From an uncultured Candidatus Entotheonella sp. (lineage in GTDB: Bacteria; Tectomicrobia; Entotheonellia; Entotheonellales; Entotheonellaceae): 64,000 nt of DNA. The notes under the pieces were generated by a model, which was not told the origin of the DNA, did not search any database, and saw nothing but the letters and a program-made list of their open reading frames with translations. Location: the NCBI GenBank assembly GCA_965217185.1, contig OZ244252.1, forward strand, positions 2,624,001 to 2,688,000. The letters run 5' to 3'. Shown here piece by piece: positions 58,117-64,000 of this stretch. Within the stretch, counting starts at the first letter, position 1, and the number at the start of each line of letters is the position of its first letter. A program made the position numbers and the translations under genes.

Positions 58117-59124
58117 ATGATGGTGCGTGAACTCGGGGAATTTGCCCTGCTGGCGCGCTTACAGCGGCGGCTGAAGCAGGCCAATGCGCCGCCGGTTGTG
58201 CGCGGTATTGGCGACGACTGCGCGGTGTTGCGTCCTGCTGACAGACACGACCTGCTGGTCACGACGGACACGCAGGAAGAAGGCGTGCACTTCCGGCGCG
58301 ACTGGTCAACGCCGCAGGATATCGGCTGGCGCTGCCTAGCGGTGAACGTCAGCGACATCGCGGCCATGGGCGGCGTGCCGCTGGGGGCGGTTGTGGCGCT
58401 ATCACTGCCGGAAACGCTGGCGGTGACGTTCGTCGAGGCGATGTACGACGGCATGAGCGCCCTGGCCAAGGCTTACGACTGCCCGATCATCGGCGGTAAC
58501 ATCAGCAAATCCACCGAACGGCTGTCGGTGACCATCACCGTGCTCGGTTCGACGCCGCAGGGCACCGCCGCGTACCGAGCTTCGGCCCGTGCCGGCGATG
58601 CCATCTGGGTCACCGGCGACCTCGGCGGCGCCAAGGCCGGACTGGAAGCCCTGATCCATCCGCAAGCAGTGATTGGACTGCCCACCGATACGGTGCTGGC
58701 GCGCTACCGGCGTCCCCGGCCACGGCTGCGGGAAGCGCAATTTTTACGGCAGCACGGCGCGCGTAGCCTGATTGATCTCAGCGACGGCTTATCGAGCGAC
58801 TTGGCGCACATTTGCGAGGCCAGCGGCGTGGGCGCACAGTTGCATGCCGAACGCATCCCGATCGGCGATGAAACGCGCCGGGTGGCCGGCGCCCTCGGCC
58901 TGGACGCGCTCACGTTTGCCCTGCACGGTGGCGAGGATTTCGAGCTGTGCCTGACGACGCCGCCCGACGCCGCGATGCCGTTGGAACAGGGCTTCCGCGA
59001 CCAATTCGACTGCCCATTGACCCGTATCGGCACCATCCAGGCCGGCACCGGCGTCACGCTTCGCTACCCGGACGGGACCGAAGAATCCCTGGCCGCCGGC
59101 GGTTACGATCATTTCCACGAATAG
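58117..59124 (+). CDS. thiL: Thiamine-monophosphate kinase
   Basis: GEFALL, GIGDDCA, EGVHF, NVSDIAAMG, IDLSDGL, GGEDFEL, GYDHF. Confidence 0.95.
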   Translation: MMVRELGEFALLARLQRRLKQANAPPVVRGIGDDCAVLRPADRHDLLVTTDTQEEGVHFRRDWSTPQDIGWRCLAVNVSDIAAMGGVPLGAVVALSLPETLAVTFVEAMYDGMSALAKAYDCPIIGGNISKSTERLSVTITVLGSTPQGTAAYRASARAGDAIWVTGDLGGAKAGLEALIHPQAVIGLPTDTVLARYRRPRPRLREAQFLRQHGARSLIDLSDGLSSDLAHICEASGVGAQLHAERIPIGDETRRVAGALGLDALTFALHGGEDFELCLTTPPDAAMPLEQGFRDQFDCPLTRIGTIQAGTGVTLRYPDGTEESLAAGGYDHFHE

Positions 59125-59211
59125 GGACGCTTGCATGGGATTGGCAGATCGTTGACCTGGAGACCCTGGAACCGCCGCGCGGCTTCGGGCGCGACTGAGA
59201 GAAGGGGAAAT

Positions 59212-59520
59212 TTGGACTGGAAAACAGTCAGTCACAACGTGTTGTTGGCAGGCTTGTTCGTCGCCATGGTGACCATGTTCAACCAAGTCAACGGAAGACT
59301 GGACGCCATGAATGGGCGTATTGACGCCCTGAATGAACGCATGGATCGCATGCAGGCTGAAAACAATGGGAGGTTCGACGAAATGCAGGCGGAAATGAAC
59401 CGCCGGTTCGACCGGATCGACCAACGGTTCGACCAGATATTCGAGGTGCTGCGCGTCTTCGAGGGACGCATCACGCGCCTCGAAGAGAAAGCCGGGATTG
59501 GCCCCGAAAACGCCGAATAA
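59212..59520 (+). CDS. Small TM-anchored coiled-coil protein
   Basis: Hydrophobic N-terminus then heptad repeats RLDAMNGRIDALNERMDRM...RFD; start uncertain. Confidence 0.7.
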   Translation: MDWKTVSHNVLLAGLFVAMVTMFNQVNGRLDAMNGRIDALNERMDRMQAENNGRFDEMQAEMNRRFDRIDQRFDQIFEVLRVFEGRITRLEEKAGIGPENAE

Positions 59521-59745
59521 CGAGTTTTCGGCCCCAGCGTATGGGCGCGGAATCGGCCGCTTCACCGGCGAGCGGCCGCTCGAAGTTTCCCACCTGGGGG
59601 CCGAAAGGCGGCGTTGTCCGGGGCTTTCTCCCCACCGATTGCGGGCAAAATCCCTCCAATCCCGGCATCCAGTGGGGCATTCTGTAGGTCTCCGGTGCCA
59701 AATCCCGCATCGCCAGTAACGGCGCGGGATTCCCGGGCGCGGCAA

Positions 59746-59773
59746 AGTTTACATATAAGCACTTATCGGAACA
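59746..59773 (-). other. dif-like Xer site A
   Basis: - strand TGTTCCGATAA GTGCTT ATATGTAAACT. Confidence 0.75.
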
Positions 59774-59848
59774 TTGGGACATATCCTGGTAGTGTTTCCA
59801 GTTCCGTCCAGTGATTTTACAATCACCTTCTGACCGGAGGACAACAAG

Positions 59849-60160
59849 ATGTACCTGATGGCTAAAGTTCGAAGAAAGGGCATGGATAACAAGGTACAAG
59901 AGGCAATTGTGAATCCTGCGCACGTACGCTATGTCTTTGCTATGGAAAATGGCGGTTCATACATTGCATTCGGAGATGCGCATGATCCTAAGACAAAGGG
60001 AGTTACTCCACTAGGGATTTCCTCTCCAGATTCTGTTGAGGCAGTAATGAAGCGTCTCAATCATCCCTACTACGTCAATGTAAGGCTTCGAGCCGGAAGC
60101 CTGCTTTTGTCAGCAGCAGCAATCGTTGTTGCAATATGGTATTCGTCAGGTTCATGCTGA
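59849..60160 (+). CDS. Hypothetical protein with C-terminal TM helix (module A-B)
   Basis: GGAGG RBS; AT-rich relative to host genes. Confidence 0.65.
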   Translation: MYLMAKVRRKGMDNKVQEAIVNPAHVRYVFAMENGGSYIAFGDAHDPKTKGVTPLGISSPDSVEAVMKRLNHPYYVNVRLRAGSLLLSAAAIVVAIWYSSGSC

Positions 60161-60208
60161 TCAGGTGCTGGCGCTGCTGGAAGAAGGGGCATTCTTCCGA
60201 GCGCTGCA

Positions 60209-60236
60209 AATTGACATAACCACCCTTATCGGAACC
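60209..60236 (-). other. dif-like Xer site B
   Basis: - strand GGTTCCGATAA GGGTGG TTATGTCAATT; 8/11 and 9/11 arm identity to E. coli dif. Confidence 0.85.
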
Positions 60237-60318
60237 TCGCGGCCGGCGCTTGAAGGCGCCTTCGAGTTGTCGCCTTCGGGGCTGGAAGCACTCAGCTCCC
60301 GTTTATCCCTACGCTGAT

Positions 60319-60519
60319 CTACCTCAGGAACACGCTCAGAAACGAGCCGGCGACTAACAGGATGACGATGCCGATTCCGAGCCAGACAGCACATCCGATC
60401 GCGCGCCAGGCGAATGCCTTGGCCTCCCGGTCGTTGCTGTCGCTGCTCCTGGTGCCTTCCTTATCCCCCCTGGGCGGCCGTTTTATATGGACGCACTCAA
60501 AGTTCACAGAATGAGACAT
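60319..60519 (-). CDS. Possible small membrane protein (module B-C)
   Basis: 66 aa ending in AIGCAVWLGIGIVILLVAGSFLSVFLR; weak RBS. Confidence 0.35.
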   Translation of the reverse strand: MSHSVNFECVHIKRPPRGDKEGTRSSDSNDREAKAFAWRAIGCAVWLGIGIVILLVAGSFLSVFLR

Positions 60520-60537
60520 TATGTCGCCTTCGGGCGC

Positions 60538-60572
60538 AAAAAAGCCCCTCTGAGGAATGTCCTGGAGGGGCT
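60538..60572 (-). terminator. Probable intrinsic terminator downstream of brnTA
   Basis: GCCCCTC...GAGGGGC stem followed by T6 on the - strand. Confidence 0.6.
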
Positions 60573-60581
60573 CTGCAGGCA

Positions 60582-60610
60582 ACTTTGGGTAACCTTGGCT
60601 TATGTCAACT
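60582..60610 (+). other. dif-like Xer site C (7-bp spacer)
   Basis: ACTTTGGGTAA CCTTGGC TTATGTCAACT. Confidence 0.7.
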
Positions 60611-60634
60611 TTGCCCGACTGTTCGGTTCAGTGT

Positions 60635-60946
60635 TCACGATTTGGCGCGGGCTGGGCCCTGCTTCGCTTCCATGTAACTGCGCAGGACCGCATTGATACG
60701 CGTCTGATACCCGCGTCCCTGGGACTTGAAGAACTCAAGCACATCCCTGTCAATGCGAACCGAGATGATTTGCTTTGACGGCGGCATTACGATCCTCGCC
60801 TGCGACCAGTCGACCTCTCCTTCCTCTGGGTCCACTTCAGGCTCCACACCTGCGGCATCCTGCTTCTCAAGCCACTCCCAATCTGTCTCGCCCTTATGGA
60901 GGTTCGCCTCCGCTAAGGACATACGCGTGATATTCTCCCCGCTCAT
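60635..60946 (-). CDS. brnA: BrnA antitoxin
   Basis: TDW, KQIISVRIDRDVLEFFKSQGRGYQTRINAVLRSY. Confidence 0.92.
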   Translation of the reverse strand: MSGENITRMSLAEANLHKGETDWEWLEKQDAAGVEPEVDPEEGEVDWSQARIVMPPSKQIISVRIDRDVLEFFKSQGRGYQTRINAVLRSYMEAKQGPARAKS

Positions 60947-61205
60947 GTGTTCGTGCCCGCCTTGCGGTGATGATTCTGCGACGGCCGTCCCTTACCGTGT
61001 AAACCACGGCGACCTCCTTGCCATCCACGATACCAACGGCGACCCACCGCGTTTCCGCCGGGTGCCGCGACAGCGTTTCCAGGACCGGGCCGTCAAAAAT
61101 CCGAACGGCGTCTCTAAAGTCAATGCGACGTTCTTCTAACACCGCCTGTCGTTTGTTCTCGTCCCATTCGAACCCCAAGGGACTTCCTTCGGGTATGTTC
61201 GGCAT
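60894..61205 (-). CDS. brnT: BrnT ribonuclease toxin
   Basis: FEWDENK, IDF.DA, VVYTVR...RIITARRA..ER. Confidence 0.92.
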   Translation of the reverse strand: MPNIPEGSPLGFEWDENKRQAVLEERRIDFRDAVRIFDGPVLETLSRHPAETRWVAVGIVDGKEVAVVYTVRDGRRRIITARRARTHERGEYHAYVLSGGEPP

Positions 61206-61281
61206 CTAAGATTCCTCTTGTCGCTGTTCATCATCTGCCTACACATACTCTCTCCTCCTTAGTGGGGTTAGGGGTTAACAT

Positions 61282-61322
61282 TTGTATTTACAACTATAAA
61301 TACAACGAATCACGTCTGTCAA
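61282..61322 (-). promoter_or_regulatory. brnTA promoter with overlapping operator palindrome
   Basis: - strand TTGACA-18 bp-TATAGT; inverted repeat TTGTATTTA-N6-TAAATACAA at 61282-61305. Confidence 0.7.
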
Positions 61323-61492
61323 GCGATTCGCTGCCCTGCACAGACGGTTACTTTGCTAGGGAGCGTATATGGCGACGAATCTGCCGGAACGCTCAAAGTA
61401 CGTAGTGGTCAAAGATTGACGGTGCCTCCGGTACCACATGGCTCTGGAGATCCGATCTGGGTCCAACGGGCCAGTTCGTCGAGATGTCGGCG

Positions 61493-61520
61493 ACTTCTGA
61501 TAAAACGCTTTATCGGAAGT
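61493..61520. other. dif-like Xer site D with two XerC-type arms
   Basis: ACTTCTGATAA AACGCT TTATCGGAAGT. Confidence 0.7.
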
Positions 61521-61638
61521 TGTGGTCATGAACCGTTGACTTGGCCGGCTTCTTCTATCTTCTTCAGGAAAATTTCTTCGGGAATTACATTTTCTGTATA
61601 GCTCACCGACGTGTGGATTTGCGCGCGAAGTGTCTTGA

Positions 61639-62926
61639 GGGCATCTCGAAAAATGCCTCGTGGATAGTCATAGATGGCGAGAGTGGCAATTCGCTGGCAT
61701 GTCGGTGAGAAAATGAACTCGGCTGTCCAGGGGGACTGCCTCCCAGCAAGGAGGATTCGCCTTCCAATGAGGGCCTCCGGTGCACCCTTCCGCACCGTTG
61801 GCGCTCAACTGGCGCTCGCAAGGCGTTGTAATTGAATCAGGCGACGCATGTTGTAGGCAAGGTTCTTAAGACCTATCCGCGCCCTCGCCCGTACAAGCCC
61901 GATGCTGCGAACCAACGTCCCGCCCATGTCGTTTTGCTGCGCCCCGAAGACATGCTCTACCCGTGCTCGAAACCGTGAACGACTCTGGTTGCCTGCTTTC
62001 TCCCAATCACGCAACGGACGGTTGCGATAGCCCTTGCGATGAATCCGACTCCTCAAACCCCTGGCCTTCAGCGTCGCTTCAATGGCTTTCGACCGCTAGG
62101 CGCTGTCCGCCCAGACACCGCTTGCCGTGTTGTCCGACGTAAGCAACTCCTCAATCACTTGGCTGTCGTGCACCGCCGCATCCGTCACCCGGTAACGCCG
62201 TATCAGCTTGTGCCGACGGTCGATGGTGACGTGATTCTTGTAGCCATAGTGGCTCTTGCCGTGCTTCTTCGTCCAGCGCGCATCCCTGTCCTTTTGTCGA
62301 CGCTTGGCTGGCTTGTCGGCCCAGGCCTCAGGTGTCTCACCCCGTTTGATCTGCTCATTGTCGTCACGACGATTGCGTTGCATGGGAACCGCGACAATCG
62401 AAGCATCGATGATCTGGCCACCCATCGCCTGGTAGCCCTGGCTTTTCAGGTAGCCGTCGAAATCCTCGAACAAGGCATCGATGAGGCCGGCCTGTGACAA
62501 CTGTTCGCGGTAGAGCCACACCGTCTTGGCATCGGGCACCTTGTCTTCGAGTGTCAAGGCCAAGAAGCGCACAAAGGACAGGCGGTCGCGCATCTGATAC
62601 TCGACCTGGTCGTCCGACAGATTGTAGAGGGCGCACAAAATGATGGCCTTGAACATGACGATGGCATCCCACGGCTTGCACCCCGCATTGGACTTGCGCT
62701 TGTCGGCTGGCTTGCGCCAGACTCTCTCCAGGCGGCTGCGGAACGCTTCCCACGGAACGGCAGCGTTGACCTTCACCAGGGGATCGTTTTTGGCGTCCAG
62801 AGCGGCGTAGCGATTCTCGATATCGAAAAAGCCCATCTGAGCCATGTTGCACTCCTCCGGCCTTGTTGGTTGACGTGTTTCAGTGATTCTAAACCACGTG
62901 GGAGATGGGTATTATTAGAGATGCCC
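61639..62926 (-). mobile_element. IS5 family insertion sequence (1288 bp)
   Basis: Inverted repeats GGGCATCTCGAAAAAT / GGGCATCTCTAATAAT; TTGA duplicated on both flanks. Confidence 0.93.
61805..62845 (-). pseudogene. IS5 transposase with an in-frame TAG
   Basis: YNLSD, VPDAKT, IIDAS, HYGYKNH, WADSA* (62096-62098), then in-frame RARVEHVF...NLAYN. Confidence 0.9.
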
Positions 62927-63360
62927 TTGATATGTTTTCTGGTGGGAATCTGAACAAAATCGGTGCTGAATTCTCTGATCCAATCTGCAAAAGGCATAGT
63001 GAAAGTCTTTGTTTCTCCATATTCCAATTTTTTAGGGCACTCATTAGAGGCTGAGAGGTCCAAACCGGTTCGTCTGTTCCTCCCCTTACCAACACACCAG
63101 CCTACACTGACAATAGTCACTGGCCGCTCGCCAACATTTGCGACATGAATGGCTAAATGCTCCTCGATAGGTCTACCGTCACCGAAGATAAGTTGACGAA
63201 GACCGACATGGACTTTCAGCTTAACCTTTTCTGCACGACGAGCGAGCCATAACGCAACCCCAGCGGCAACAAGTGTGCCAACCCCAGCAAGCCACGTACC
63301 GAGCAGGATTAAGATTTGCATCGTCCAATCCGTCATTACTTGGATTTCAGGATCGATCAA

Positions 63361-63388
63361 AATTGACATAGCGTCCCTTATCCGAAGT
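63361..63388 (-). other. dif-like Xer site E
   Basis: - strand ACTTCGGATAA GGGACG CTATGTCAATT. Confidence 0.8.
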
Positions 63389-63471
63389 TGGGCCCCCGAT
63401 GTGGTATCTTCACCGATCAGAATGTCGCCATCTATCTGCCAAATTCAACCCCACCATATCAGACTGACATC

Positions 63472-64000
63472 ATGCGACTGTCCTGGAACGAAATACGCGC
63501 TCGAGCCGCAGCCTTTGCCCGCGAGTGGGCAACCGCGAGCTACGAAAAAGGCGAGACGCAAAGCTTCTACAATGATTTCTTCGAGATTTTCGGTGTCAAA
63601 CGTCGCACCGTAGCCCGGTACGAAGAGCACGTGAAAAAGCTGGATGACCGGTCGGGGTTCATTGACCTGTTCTGGCCGGGCGTCCTTGTCGTTGAGCAGA
63701 AAAGCGCCGGCCGCGACCTCGACCGAGCCTATGACCAGGCCGGAGAATACTTCGACGCCCTGCCTGAGAATCAGCGTCCCCGCTACATTCTGGTCAGCGA
63801 CTTCCAGACCTTTGAGCTTCACGATCTGAACGAGCGTGAAGCAGCCACCTTCACACTTTCGGACCTGCCTACCCACGTCGAGATGTTCGGCTTCATCCTC
63901 GGCGTGCAGCGCCGGGCCTTCAGGGATCAGGATCCGGCTAACATCAAGGCCGCCGAACTCGTCGGGCACCTGCACGATGCCCTTGTCGCGGCGGGCTACC
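63472..64000 (+). CDS. MmeI-like type IIL restriction-modification enzyme, N-terminal part (runs off window)
   Basis: MRLSWNEIRARAAAFAREW..YEKGETQSFYNDFF...GFIDLFWPGVLVVEQKS...PRYILVSDFQ; absent from the ORF track because no stop lies in the window. Confidence 0.9.
   Translation, partial: MRLSWNEIRARAAAFAREWATASYEKGETQSFYNDFFEIFGVKRRTVARYEEHVKKLDDRSGFIDLFWPGVLVVEQKSAGRDLDRAYDQAGEYFDALPENQRPRYILVSDFQTFELHDLNEREAATFTLSDLPTHVEMFGFILGVQRRAFRDQDPANIKAAELVGHLHDALVAAGY

Larger units (their letters stand above)
61526..63336 (-). pseudogene. N-terminally anchored hypothetical protein (about 172 aa) split by IS5 (module D-E)
   Basis: Removing 61639-62926 plus one TTGA restores ...PTRKHIK-TLRAQIHTSVSY...VNGS* in frame. 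Confidence 0.85.

Noticed and set aside
61282..61305. Sixth recombination site (9-6-9 palindrome)
   Set aside because: Arms do not match Xer arms and it overlaps the brnTA -10 box, so an operator is more likely.
62773..63369. 198-aa ORF as an intact gene
   Set aside because: Its C-terminus is read-through into IS5; the true end lies at 61526-61638.
59746..63388. Classical integron with attC sites
   Set aside because: No intI gene and no RYYYAAC...GTTRRRY hairpins recognised; the sites are dif-like instead.

Overview
GC-rich bacterial chromosomal window. The gene mix (LLM and PPOX-type oxidoreductases, enolase-superfamily enzymes, CoA transferase, MDMPI, many IS and REP elements) is compatible with a Tectomicrobia/Entotheonella-like or similar sponge-associated lineage, but that is inference only. 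The backbone is housekeeping and metabolic: nudC, purM, recQ, a sufR-like gene followed by sufCBD-ferredoxin-sufT-sufE without sufS, a PPIase, tyrS, etfBA, pncC, leuS and thiL. Accessory parts are a DUF262+HEPN pair, an ATPase+TOPRIM pair, two IS701-type copies (one deleted), ISAzo13, IS5, a lone serine resolvase, three families of small palindromic repeats, and a sigma54 promoter with enhancer palindromes upstream of GPP34 and two Na/Pi-cotransporter paralogues. The most striking signal is at 59.7-64 kb: five XerC/XerD dif-like sites (11-bp arm, 6-7-bp spacer, 11-bp arm) separate short gene modules. The modules hold small membrane proteins, a BrnT/BrnA toxin-antitoxin pair and an IS5-split gene, and an MmeI-type restriction-modification gene follows the last site. 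This looks like a chromosomal, integron-like cassette array built on Xer sites. All family calls are from motif recognition; no database search was run.
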